Shown here: positions 1-12,272 of the stretch, piece by piece
Layout: the number at the start of each line of letters is the position of its first letter
Position numbering within the stretch: the first letter of the stretch is position 1
Assembly (NCBI RefSeq): GCF_001194135.2
Contig: NC_068999.1
Span: 21,009,741 to 21,073,740, forward strand
Source: Octopus bimaculoides
Lineage: Eukaryota
Direction: 5' to 3'
DNA: 64,000 nucleotides
Position numbers and translations under genes: made by a program
Notes under the pieces: model-generated
What the model was told of the DNA's origin: nothing
The model's database searches: none
Seen by the model: the letters and a program-made list of their open reading frames with translations, nothing else

Positions 1-1510
1 TTGTAACAGAATGACGATGAAAGAGAAATGTTTCAGCAAATATTTTAATACGAAAGGTTAGTCACCTTTTAAACTGACCACTCAGCAAACTAATCAGTGC
101 TTAGTACTTATGTACTTATATCTTCTTTAATCACAGGTGATGCCTGACTGAACAAATTTATGATCAACGTTTCGTTTGTTGTTATTCAGTCAAATTGTAC
201 AACGTACAATTTCACCATTTTTAGCTAGTACAGTGTTTTTTTATTATGTATTTGGTGTTATTTATAGTCGATCATATGACCACGTAAAGACCCCTTTCCA
301 CTCATTCATTGACGCAATCTTGCTATGTAATTACCCCTGCGATTTCTACCAGACTACGAGTATATATAAATATATATAGTGTAATGTAGTCGTCAGAAAT
401 ATATCTATGCAAGTTTTATCTATCTCCAATGCTTAAAATTAATTTGTAAGATTATTCAGTAATTTATGCATAATTTATGCATAATTTTACCAGCTCCGAG
501 TTTGCACAGTGTAGTAGAAATGACAGCCAAATAGTTTTTAAATCACAACCAAGCGCATAAAAGAAAGAAGGAAAGATACAATAGAGAATATACAACCTGA
601 AAACGTGATGTTCACAGATGGAAACTATTTGATCAGATATCCTGCTCTAGCTGACCAGTTCTGAGACTAAACAATAACAACATAAAACTTTATTCGCGTC
701 AGTGTAGCTACAATAGCGAACAGTTAATGCAGGTTATTACGCTAAATTTAGAATATTATAGAATCAATACAGCTCACTTGTTACAGAAACACATTTAAAA
801 AAAATATCTTATTCACCCACTCTCGTTTTGAAAAGAACCTAAAAATTAAAGGAAGCTTTTTCAAAATCTGAAAAGGAACGTTGCAGAAAATAGGAATACA
901 AAAAAATATTAATTTAACCAGTTAAAAAGAAATTGCCAATTTTAACTTTCATAAAGCAGCCATCATCTTTAGAAATTCTCTCATATAATTCAGTGAGAAA
1001 AGAATCTAACGAAAGAAGCAGTTACAAGAATACCATGGCACCCAATTGCAATATGTTAAGTACAAGACTGAGCTTACACTGGTGTATTTATTGGAAAACT
1101 ACTTTAGCAAGTTTTAAAAAATGTTTTCCACCCGCATGTGTAACTATCTTTACAAAAATGAATGGCGGCGAAAAAAAATAGCCTTAGCAAGCTGTGTGAT
1201 GTTAAAAATATCATAGCAGGATGAAGCCAATGTTCTGTTGGAAGTTTATCTGATGGAGGATAAAGATGAGATAAAAACTGATTAACAGATATTCTAGTGT
1301 TATAACGGCCCATGTTACTACACATTTCTGAGCCAACGTAAACATGTAGGTATTGTAAATGAATAAAAAAAAAATAGCATATGTAATTTCTCCTACATAG
1401 TCCACTGGGGTTAGATATTAGTGACTTAGATACACTGTGAATAGAACACACACATTTATTCATGCATATATCTTGGCACATATGTGCATGCTTGTTTATA
1501 ACGTGTATAT

Positions 1511-1538
1511 ATGTGTGTGTGTGTGTATGTGTGTGTGC

Positions 1539-1584
<46 letters not shown>

Positions 1585-1616
1585 CTGTGTGCAGTGGCCA
1601 GTAGTGCGCTTATTAC

Positions 1617-1692
<76 letters not shown>
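1511..1692. repeat. (GT)n plus (ATT)n microsatellites
   Basis: Directly visible. Confidence 0.98.
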
Positions 1693-2204
1693 GCAGACAC
1701 ACTATACATATATATGTATATACGTTGCATTCTGTTATACATAAACGTACACACATGCATGAATACTTATCGACATACGTACATATGTCTGTTACGTAGT
1801 GAGGGTTAAAATCTTTGGATACATCCCATAGTTACCTTTAATACGGAGCACAAACACCGCTGGCACATCAGTAAGTTACATAACTAAACTATCAGACAAA
1901 TATTTGTCAAATATACAACTCAACTTATCTGAATATAGTTATGAGTTTAATGATATTAGCTATAAATACAGCTTTGCGGTAGCAGTAAAATGTAGATTAA
2001 CCGATTGCCGCTGAAGTTGTACGAATAATTGAAACGGCGTCGTGCTGTCATCCCCACCTTTACTGTCTAAGATGCAATATGATAAATATGAGAGATTTTG
2101 AAATTTATCTTATCTATCAAGTAAAATTATCTATATTTCGAATACAATGACAGCTAAAATCTTTCGGTATACCCCCATTGTAAACTTTAATAAGTTTTCT
2201 TCCC

Positions 2205-2330
2205 AACTACATGGGTTTTGGTTCAGTCCCACTGTGTGACACTTTGGACGATTAACTTCTAAAATAGCCTCTGGCGGACTAAAGTCTTTTGAGTGTATTT
2301 GATAGACGTAAACAAAAATCCAGTCATGTA
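2205..2330 (+). mobile_element. tRNA-derived SINE family B, degenerate 5' fragment
   Basis: Similar to the full-length copy at 11771 (ggttcagtcccactg...gacggaaactg). Confidence 0.6.
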
Positions 2331-2640
2331 TATGTGTTGTGTGTGTGTGTGTGTGTGTGTTTGTGCGTGCGCGCGCGTCCGTGTTTGACTCCTCCCCCAC
2401 GCACGCTTGACATTAGATAATGTGTTTATTTCTGCGTGTCTTGCCATTTGAACAAAAGACAGCGATGCAATAAGTAACAAATTAATTAACATTATGATAT
2501 AATTATACTATGAAAAGATATAATATAATGTAATATAATATAACAAATAATTAAAACAAATATATATCCTACAATTTGATTCTATTCGAAACCACTAGTG
2601 CATTTATATAAAAAAAAAACATGTTTATGCATTTGAATCT

Positions 2641-2985
2641 CGTTCAGTCACATTGCGTAGAACCTTAGGCAAGTGTTTCTACTATAGCCGCGAGCCGACC
2701 AAAGCCTTGTGAGTGGATTTAATAGACGGAAACTGAAAGAAGTTCATCGCATAAATACATATATATATATAAATATTTGTGTGTCAGTGTTTGTACACCC
2801 ACCATCGCTTGTCAAACGATATTGGTTTGTTTACATCCCCGTAAACTAGCGTTTCAACAGAAGATTCTGATAGTATAAGTACTAGGCTTACAACGAATAT
2901 GTCCTGGGGTTGATTTGTTCGACTAAAGGTGGTGCTCCAGCATGGCTGCAGTGAAATGACTCAAACAAGTAAGAGAATAAAAGAA
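2641..2985 (+). mobile_element. SINE family B, 5'-truncated
   Basis: Colinear with 11771-12272, including the internal TA/GT tract and the ggtgctccagcatggc 3' block. Confidence 0.85.
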
Positions 2986-3593
2986 CATAATTAACAAATA
3001 GAAATGTGCGAGCAAGTTGCTTTACAATTGTTTCAGAAACACTTCTACAGCAGCATAGAACTGAAATATTATTATACATTCCGTTTACGAAATACACACA
3101 CACACACACACACACCAGCACCACCNNNNNNNNNNNNNNNNNNNNNNNNNNNNNNNNNNNNNNNNNNNNNNNNNNNNNNNNNNNNNNNNNNNNNNNNNNN
3201 NNNNNNNNNNNNNNNNNNNNNNNNNNNNNNNNNNNNNNNNNNNNNNNNNNNNNNNNNNNNNNNNNNNNNNNNNNNNNNNNNNNNNNNNNNNNNNNNNNNN
3301 NNNNNNNNNNNNNNNNNNNNNNNNNNNNNNNNNNNNNNNNNNNNNNNNNNNNNNNNNNNNNNNNNNNNNNNNNNNNNNNNNNNNNNNNNNNNNNNNNNNN
3401 NNNNNNNNNNNNNNNNNNNNNNNNNNNNNNNNNNNNNNNNNNNNNNNNNNNNNNNNNNNNNNNNNNNNNNNNNNNNNNNNNNNNNNNNNNNNNNNNNNNN
3501 NNNNNNNNNNNNNNNNNNNNNNNNNNNNNNNNNNNNNNNNNNNNNNNNNNNNNNNNNNNNNNNNNNNNNNNNNNNNNNNNNNNNNNNNNNNNN

Positions 3594-3686
<93 letters not shown>

Positions 3687-5111
3687 GTACAGTTCCGTGA
3701 TAGTATGATCAACAAAAAAGTACCCTATCTGGTGAAATATTATTTAATAGACACAATACATGTTTTAATGTGCCACGAATAGTTTCGTATGTTGAAAAAT
3801 ACTTCAAACATATTCATCAAGCACAAACCACATATCATAACGAAGTAAAACTTGAATGTAGGAAGTAATGTGAAAAGTTAAGGAAACATATGGAAAACGA
3901 AAACGTAAAAAGTGAAAAACGATAAACGGAAAACAAAAAGTAAAAAGTGAAAAATATAAGAAGTTATCCTCCTTAGACCTGAAATTATAAGACTGGAAAG
4001 ATATCAACAAGATAATCAGATATAGGCAGGATTGTCCTGTTCTTCCAAATGTACTTGGACACATATTTACAACCGCTGAGAATTTCAGACCGTGAGTTCT
4101 GTAGTGAGTTAGAGATCTTAGTTCTGAAAAGGATCTGAGCTATGGCAGCTAAACATAGCTTACATCTATTTCATCCATTAACATAAGGTGTGGATTTTTA
4201 AATTATTCTCCATTTAATCACATGTGGCGTTGCGTAATATTTCAAATTCCATACGTGTTTAGCCAACATGTTAGCATTGCTTTTGTCCTTATGTCAAAAG
4301 GAGGTTATGAGACTGGCATAGTGATTTTTAAATATTCCTTCACATAATCCAATATATGTCTTCTTATCTGTTATCATATCATCTAGCTTAGTGATAACTT
4401 CAGCCTATATGACAGATTTAATCACGCAACGTTGGACAAGTGGACAGGATTCTGGGTATCGACAGTTTTTACCTTTTCGTTTTCCGTTTTTCATTTTCCG
4501 TTTTTTAACCTTTCACTTTTTTTATATGCTTCGTTCTCAACTTAACGCGTTTATTCTCTCATTCAATTTTAAGTTCGTTATATGTGTGTTTGTGCCTATT
4601 GAATATGTTCGAGGTATTTCTCAACATATAGAACTATTAGTAGCACATAAAAACATGTAATAGGTCTATAAAATTATACGTGTGTGTGTGTGCGTGTGTG
4701 CACGCGCAATTGTGTGGAAGTTTGTTTAGGCTTGAAGTTGAATGTGCGTGTTTGTGTGTTTGTAAATGGAATAGTTTTATTAAAATGATTTTATGTTCAT
4801 AATATTTCACACTTACCAGAAACTATATTCTGGTAATCATGTGGTAAAGCACACAGGGAATAAATAAATCTCAATTATAAACGGGTTAATATTTTATGAC
4901 CACCAGCAGAGATTTCCGTGAGGAGTATGACATCGTCTGAAATTAATTCCTCGTTAAAACTAATGTTAAGCAACAATATTTTTTGCTACTATTTGTGACT
5001 TGCACTATATAAATATACTTGCTTCTACTGTATAAAAAAAATAATGTAATGATTTGGCTGAATTTATAGAGCTTCAGACAAAATTACATACAATATTTAC
5101 TTATGCTTTAA

Positions 5112-5435
5112 AGCGGCGAGCTGGCAGAAACGTTAGCAAGCCGGGCGAAATGCTTAGTTGTATTTCGTCTACCGTTACGTTCTGAGTTCAAATTCCGCCA
5201 AGGTCGACTTTGCATTTCATTCTTTCTGGGGTCGATTACATAAGTACCAGTTACGTACTGGGGTTGATATAATCGGCAGGGGCGACCTCTGTTGTACTAT
5301 TTCGCCCCAAATTTCTCTCAGTGTTTCTTGAGTAACGCTGCGATGGAATGGCGTCCCGTCCAGCTGGGGGGACACATATACGCCATAGAAACCGGGAAAC
5401 CGGACCCACGAGCCTGGCTAGGCTTGAAAAGGATG

Positions 5436-5437
<2 letters not shown>
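5112..5437 (+). mobile_element. SINE family A head plus an additional SINE 3' module
   Basis: A box (gagctggcagaaacgttag) and B box (gagttcaaattcc). The 3' part ctgcgatggaatggcgtcccgtccag...agaaaccggg is absent from the other family A copies here. Confidence 0.85.
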
Positions 5438-5473
<36 letters not shown>

Positions 5474-5707
5474 TATACAGACATACACAGACATTCACAT
5501 GCACATCTATATGTGTGTATATATATANNNNNNNNNNNNNNNNNNNNNNNNNNNNNNNNNNNNNNNNNNNNNNNNNNNNNNNNNNNNNNNNNNNNNNNNN
5601 NNNNNNNNNNNNNNNNNNNNNNNNNNNNNNNNNNNNNNNNNNNNNNNNNNNNNNNNNNNNNNNNNNNNNNNNNNNNNNNNNNNNNNNNNNNNNNNNNNNN
5701 NNNNNNN

Positions 5708-5744
<37 letters not shown>

Positions 5745-5769
5745 AACATGCGGTAGGGGTGCGTGTGTA

Positions 5770-6300
5770 AGGAAGGCAGCTGGCCTAGATTTAGCTCAGG
5801 ATTTTTGGTTCAAGGTTTTGACGAATTTACAATCTAAACTACAAAACTCCAGCAAGGTTGTGTACTTCAAGGATTTGTACCAGAATGGGTGGTGAAAGGA
5901 GCGACTGTGTTGATTCAGAAAACTTCAGCCATATGTGCTGCGGACCATAACCATCGTCAGAATCTTTGCTTACCTATGATGCAGAAACTTCTAACTGAGA
6001 TAATGGGAAAGGAATATTTTGAATTCTTGAACGAAATGAACTGCTCGTGGAGGAACAGAAACGTCGCAGAAATGGATTACGAGGAAGAAAGCATCAGCTG
6101 CAGATTAATAAGGTAATTTTTAGAAATTGCCGAGTATGATTGCAAACCTAGCAATGGATTGCACTGACTATAGAAAGGCATATGAAATGATTCCTCACTC
6201 AAGCATTCTGAAATAAAACAAGATGGTCTGGGCAGTAGAAAGTATGATTTATTTATTCAAAATTTATATGAGATACTGGAAGAGAGTTCTGACTGCATGT
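5770..6300 (+). mobile_element. R4/Dong-clade non-LTR retrotransposon RT fragment (degenerate)
   Basis: KAAGLDLAQDFWFK...PEWVVKGATVLIQK...CLPMMQKLLTEI...DYRKAYEMIPHS, i.e. the N-terminal RT motifs, broken by frameshifts. Confidence 0.8.
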
Positions 6301-6415
6301 GGAAGAGAAATATAACAAGTGGACACCAAAACGGAAGCTTTTCATCTGTTTTTTCTTGGCCCATCCTTCCCATATTTATGAAAAGTATCCATTGAGGTTT
6401 GATTCTGTATACTCA

Positions 6416-6491
<76 letters not shown>

Positions 6492-6509
6492 CTTCAGAAA
6501 AGAGGATAC

Positions 6510-7010
6510 CCTGAAACTCCCATACTCACCGCCTTCACGTGAAACTCTCATGGCATCCAAAGACATCAGAGACTTGGGAGTAATTGTGGACAACAACACA
6601 AGCTGGGCCGCTCATATAAACAGCAAAGTCGACATGGCTCGCAGAATGTGCTCCTAGATTCTCAGAACTTTCTAGTCGAGAGATATCCACACCATTATCC
6701 TTCTCTTCTCTACATTTTCCCGACCCCACCTTGAATACCATTGTACACTGTGGTCACCCCACACAAAACACCCAAGACTTGGACAACGTGCTGTCCGCCC
6801 ACAATATAAATCATACTCGCATCACATAACAACAATCCGGCACAATTATTTCATCTCAATTGGCCCCGCTCACTTTAATATTACTCATTAAACAGGAACA
6901 GACCCCATAAAGTTCAAGAAGTCTTCAAACAATCTAAAATAAACCTCCTACAGCTGGATGTGTTTCCATAAACAACAACTCCTTCCCCGAGTGAGCCATG
7001 TTGTCCGATT
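6510..7010 (+). mobile_element. CR1-like LINE 3' remnant
   Basis: From 6541: IRDLGVIVDNNTSWAAHINSKVDMARRMCS*ILRTF*SRD...RPHLEYHCTLWSPH, typical of the CR1 ORF2 C-terminus. Confidence 0.8.
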
Positions 7011-7165
7011 CCTGATTTGAATGACTTTGAGAGGTCATGCTCTTAAGCTAGGCATGACCTGGGTCAATACTGGCCGAAACCTATCAAAGTATACATCTTT
7101 GTTGCTTTCCTTTTGCCCGACCTTGTCTTCTTCTTTAAAAGAATCCATGCTTGTTTTGATTCAAT

Positions 7166-7204
<39 letters not shown>

Positions 7205-7509
7205 NNNNNNNNNNNNNNNNNNNNNNNNNNNNNNNNNNNNNNNNNNNNNNNNNNNNNNNNNNCTTTCTCTCTCACACTAAATATAAAAATACAACGCTGC
7301 TTTTGGTACTGCTGCTGATTTTGTTATAATTAGGTAACATTCCCAGTTCTTAGTCGCCAACTCTAAACCGTTTTCTACAATATTTCCTTTTCTGTTTCTT
7401 TTTTAGATTTTGCTAAGCCCATTCCTTTATATATATATATATTCATATATTGACTAAATATTATGTATGTTTAATGCATTCATATATTATATTCAAGGTC
7501 ATTTAGTCC

Positions 7510-7541
<32 letters not shown>

Positions 7542-7622
7542 CAACTGCTTTTCTTTAGCCCATCCGTCTGTTCTTTTAAATAAGCCATCATGGCTTTGCA
7601 TTTTCTCTCTCTTTCTACTCTC

Positions 7623-7653
<31 letters not shown>

Positions 7654-8058
7654 TTTTCTCCCTGTCTCTCTCCAGTTTCTCTCACTCTCTCTCTCCCTTT
7701 CTCTTTCTCTCTTTCTCTCTCTCTCTCTCCCTCCCTCTCTCTCTCTTTTTCTCTCTCTGTGAGTATACATGCAAAACAGTTCTCTTAGTACTTCTGCTGT
7801 TATCACCAAGGCAACATTTTCAATTCTTTCTTAGACGCCAACTTCACTTCTACAAGTCGGTTTCTACAATATTCTATTTTCTCTTTTTTCGACTTTACTC
7901 TCCCCAATACTTCATATAAATTTATGTATGTATATATGTGTGTGTGAGTTTGTGTGTGCTTATGTACATACATATATATCCATGCATACATACGTATATA
8001 TATATATATATATATAAATATAAATATGTATTTACATACATACATACATACATATGTG

Positions 8059-8095
<37 letters not shown>

Positions 8096-8144
8096 NNNNN
8101 NNNNNNNNGAGAGAGAAAGATCGATAAATAAATAGATACATACA

Positions 8145-8221
<77 letters not shown>

Positions 8222-9515
8222 TATTTGGTAGGTTGTATGGATGTCAATCATAAGCATCGTTCTTGTCCTTGGATCCATTGCAAGAATCCACTCTGTTGAA
8301 AGAAAGATAACGATCTCTCAGCCTCCTCACCATTTTCAGAACTCCTACAAAATAACCATGGGCATTAACTTCCCTTGTGTGCCTTCGATATTTTACAAAT
8401 GAATGAGAAAATCGATAATAAAATGACTAGAATCCACGACTAGTAAGTGGTCATCATATGCGTTCTATCCATGATCAAATCAGATTCCTGCCTTGAATGT
8501 AGCAGTGCATAGTCCAATGAGTCACTCTCTTTTCAACGTTATAGGGTACAATCTGAAAGCCATTCCGCTGTTGTTTCTAGACGGTTAGAAAACACGTAGA
8601 TATCTCAACGATAGATTTTACAGTGTCAGTATAGGTTTCATACAAACCTCTATCGTCATGTTGATTCTTAATTGAGACAATAATTCCTAATTCTATAAAG
8701 AGCAAGCATTGTCTATTGAATATACGAACGGCTCTTAATTCAAATTGATTGTTGAGCTGAAAGGAAAATTTATCTCATGTAGGACTTCATTAAAATTGTT
8801 ATGATCGAAAATTTGGATTTCCTTATAAATTTGAAAGTCAAAGTATACCGAAGATTGGATTCCAATTTAGAATTTAAATAGACATAACAACAAATTTTAA
8901 TATATTAAATCTGGAACTTCAGGCCTAACGCAGTCTTCATCAAATATGCATATGGTTAAACATAAGCAAGCTGTGAATATTCTATTTCTATTAACTAATG
9001 TGTTCATCATAATTTATGTAGACCGTAAAGTTTAATTTGAGGAAGATTTTATTGTTCATGCTGCTAGCAGATAAAATGGACACGTGGAGGCCTCTCGTAG
9101 GCTCATAGTTCTATTGTTTTGATATATTGCTGTTGATATTGATGTTTTGACTAGCTCAAATGAAAAAGTAGACAAAATTCAGCACTGAAAATTGTTTTTT
9201 CAAAATAATCAAAAAATAGACGTTGAATCGAGAAAATTAAAATCAATACAGTTCCATATTGAATAGATGATATTGACAATCTTTGTGCATATGGGAATTC
9301 ATAGCATAGCTTGATGAATAAGTTTGCCCTCTAGAAGGGAAAAATCTGACATCTTGGACATATAAATATAGCTGTTCCCGGCGATAATAAGCTCACGTTT
9401 AAAATTTGTCAATGCAAAAAGCTATGGGCGCTGCTTCATTGCCGCCCTAAGGCAGTATGGCATACAATACAGTATATCCCTTCTATTACTAACTGGGACA
9501 GTAAACGTAAAAATA

Positions 9516-9602
9516 TTATTGGGTATGTGTTGAAGAAAATTTGGTGACAACTTTTAGTAGTTTAAACGAATATTCTGAGGCTTCCATAAGATCTTTTAAT
9601 GT
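9516..9602 (-). pseudogene. Terminal coding exon (TLKDLMEASEYSFKLLKVVTKFSSTHTQ*)
   Basis: Acceptor ttatctttcag|; phase 0 matches the upstream donor. Followed by ~1.3 kb of repeat-free, 3'UTR-like sequence with AATAAA at 9047-9052 (minus strand). Confidence 0.6.
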
Positions 9603-9756
9603 CTGAAAGATAATCGGTGTCAATACACAAAGAATATACTTGGATTCTGCGTGAAATAAAAATATATTACAGTGGAGGAATAGTAGATCTATTTACAGTA
9701 TTACTGTCACCAAATCATTCCTTAAACAATTAGGCTTGTTAATATTAGGTTCCGTT

Positions 9757-10184
9757 AAGACGGCGAGCTAGCAGAGACGTTAGCACGCCGGGCGAAATGC
9801 TTAGCGGGATTTCGTCTGTCTTTACGTTCTGAGATCAAATTCCGCCGAGGTCGACTTTGCCGTTCATCCTTCGGAGTCGATAAATCAAGTACCACTTGTG
9901 TACTAGGGTCGATCGTACTAGGGGCCCCCTCCCCTTGTGCCTAGAGTAGAAAAGAATATTAGGTTCTGTTAAGGCGGTGAGCTGGCAAATATGTTAGCAC
10001 GTCGGGTAAAATGCTTAGAGGAACCTGGTGTGCCTTTACGTTCTAACTTTAAATTTTGCCGAAATCGACTTTGCTTTTCATCATCTCGAGATCGACAAAA
10101 TAGTTGCGAGTTGAGCAGTTGGGTCGGTATATTCGACTTACCACCACTCTCAAAATGGCAAGCCTTGTGCCAAAAGTTGAGATC
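9757..10184 (+). mobile_element. Two head-to-tail SINE family A copies
   Basis: Copies at ~9757-9954 and ~9971-10184, with A/B boxes and the gtcgactttgc(c/t)tttcatc core. Confidence 0.9.
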
Positions 10185-10260
10185 AATATTAGGTTCCGTT
10201 CTTTATTCAGAAGTAATCAGTAAATAATGCTTACAAATCCGTGACTTACAGCTTCATGGG

Positions 10261-10328
10261 AAGTAGACTACTATTGTAAAAGTAGACTATCATTGTAAAA
10301 GTAGACTATCATTTTATAAAAGACTATT
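10261..10328. repeat. 19-bp tandem repeat (aagtagactatcattgtaa), about 3.5 copies
   Basis: Directly visible. A separate 21-bp tandem duplication lies at ~10466-10516. Confidence 0.85.
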
Positions 10329-11410
10329 CCGTCTTTAAAATGAAGTAAATTTAGTATAAAATATGCAATACTTTCTCCCGAAATTTCCAATTCCTTATTT
10401 ATAAAGGCTATTGATTTATGAATACTCCAGAAGGGCATTTTATTAATTGGTTTTAAATCATCAAATTACTTACATGAACGAATACATTACTTACATGAAC
10501 GAATACATTTACTTAAAGGGAATATCATCGCACTCTAATAATTTCCTGCTTCACAAAAACTACATATTTGAAAGTATCAGAAATCTAACGAGGTACAGAT
10601 CGAGATTGCGATTCGATAGAAGCCTTACGTTAAAAAGACATATATATTTGTACAAATCTACATATGTTAGCAGCAACGAAAAGAATTCTGCATTATTTTC
10701 CTTTTAGCAGCGCTTCAAAAGCTTACACTCACACAGAGATATTACATATACACACATACTTATAACTTTCATACAAACACACACACGAACACACACACAC
10801 ATTGAAGTATATATCCTCAGATGAATATACACATGTATATATATATATATATATAATTTTTCTAAACATCACAAAACATTCCAATGGCTTTCAGTTAAGA
10901 TCTCGAAACTAGACATTAGGATGACTCATATTCGGACAAAATATTGCTGTTGTGTAATAAAACCGCTGATTTAAATAATATTCATAACGTGTCATGCAAG
11001 AAGTATTTTTGATCGGAACTTTAATCTATCCAGAACAAATTATTTTATTTACGAAATATTAAAGGCAATATTTAATGTACAGAAACAGATTCAAAGATAT
11101 TCCACTCACTGCGTACATACATCTCGAAAAAATAACATACGAAAAGAGAACAGATATTGTATAGCCATAAGCATATCCCATAAGTCGTCCCTGCTAACTT
11201 ATGTAACCTCTGTCTGAATGTATACCACGTCTCTGTGTGTATGTGTGAGTTTGAGTGTGTGTGAGTTTGAGTGTGTGTGAGTTTGAGTGTGTGTGTGTAC
11301 GCTGATAGGTATTGTCCACACCATAACTGTAAGTAAAATTCAAATAGAATCTTTAGATACTTGTACATACCTATTTTCTCAAACATATATGACGCAATTT
11401 ATTCTACTAC

Positions 11411-11730
11411 CTTTTGCCAGCTTCGAATCTGTTTCATAATCTCATATTCTAAGAACTTGGCATATTTCTGGTTCATGAAGTGATCTAAGAGCAAATCAGT
11501 CAACAACTTCGACTGAATTTCGCATAAACTATTGCTTTATAAGTTTGTTTAGAGTTGCCTCTCTTAGGTAAATCCCATTGACAAGAGCCAAGAAACTCGA
11601 AACATTGATATCTGGCATTCGTGATAGATGAAGACACTGAACAAATCGGGTGTTTTCACACATTTTTAACCATAAGAGAGATATTTTCTCCACGGTAACT
11701 GGAGTGAATTTGCCTTTTAGCAGTTGAAAT
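11411..11730 (-). pseudogene. Penultimate exon with +1 frameshift (FQLLKGKFTPVTVEKISLL...NKLI / SNSLCEIQSKLLTDLLLDHFMNQKYAKFLEYEIMKQIRSWQK)
   Basis: Acceptor tttgtgacag|, donor aag|gtagta. 320 nt; removing one base from the T run at 11536-11538 gives a fully open exon ending in phase 0. Confidence 0.7.
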
Positions 11731-11770
11731 CTGTCACAAACATATTTTAACTAACCTAGGTGTGGGGGGG

Positions 11771-11933
11771 GGCGGAGTGGCTGTGTGGTAAGTAGCTTGC
11801 TTACCAGCCACATGGTTCCAGGTTCAGTCTCACTGCGTAGCACCTTGGGCAAGTGTCTTCTACTTATAGCCTCGGGCCCACTAAAGCCTTGAGAGTGGAT
11901 TTGGTAGACGGAAACTGAAAGAAGCCCGTCATA

Positions 11934-11984
<51 letters not shown>

Positions 11985-12272
11985 TTGTGTATCTGTGTTT
12001 GTTCCCCCACCATCGCTTGACAACCGATGCTGGTGTGTTTACGTCCCCGTAACNNNNNNNNNNGTTTGTTCCCCCACCATCGCTTGACAACCGATGCTGG
12101 TGTGTTTACGTCCCCGTAACTTAGCGGTTCTGCAAAAAGTGACCGATAAAATAAGTACTAGGCTTACAAAGCATAAGTCCTGGGGTCGATTTGCTCGACT
12201 AAAGGCGGTGCTCCAGCATGGCCGCAGTCAAATTACGTAAACAAGTGAAAGAGCAAACAGAGAGTAAAGAGT
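11771..12272 (+). mobile_element. Full-length SINE family B (tRNA head, CORE-like ccttgggcaagt block, internal microsatellite)
   Basis: A box gtggctgtgtgg, B box ggttcagtctc, 3' tail aaagag repeats. Contains a 10-N gap with a duplicated flank. Confidence 0.9.

Noticed and set aside
7290-7910. Weak similarity between 7290-7400 and 7760-7910 after (CT)n tracts
   Set aside because: Too diverged and low-complexity to define confidently by eye.
8250-8344. Minus-strand peptide SSENGEEAERSLSFF resembling TRANK1 SGEAERTL
   Set aside because: It lies downstream of the inferred stop codon and out of order with the other motifs, and a colinear candidate exists at 28.5 kb. Treated as chance or 3'UTR.
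10261-10516. Short repeat arrays as CRISPR-like or regulatory arrays
   Set aside because: They are contiguous tandem duplications without unique spacers, in a eukaryotic context.
11771-11850. tRNA gene calls for the SINE heads
   Set aside because: A/B boxes are present, but the heads continue into SINE bodies and lack a complete cloverleaf.
11997-12120. Tandem 57-bp duplication inside SINE-B
   Set aside because: The identical copies flank a 10-N gap, which indicates an overlapping-contig scaffolding artefact.
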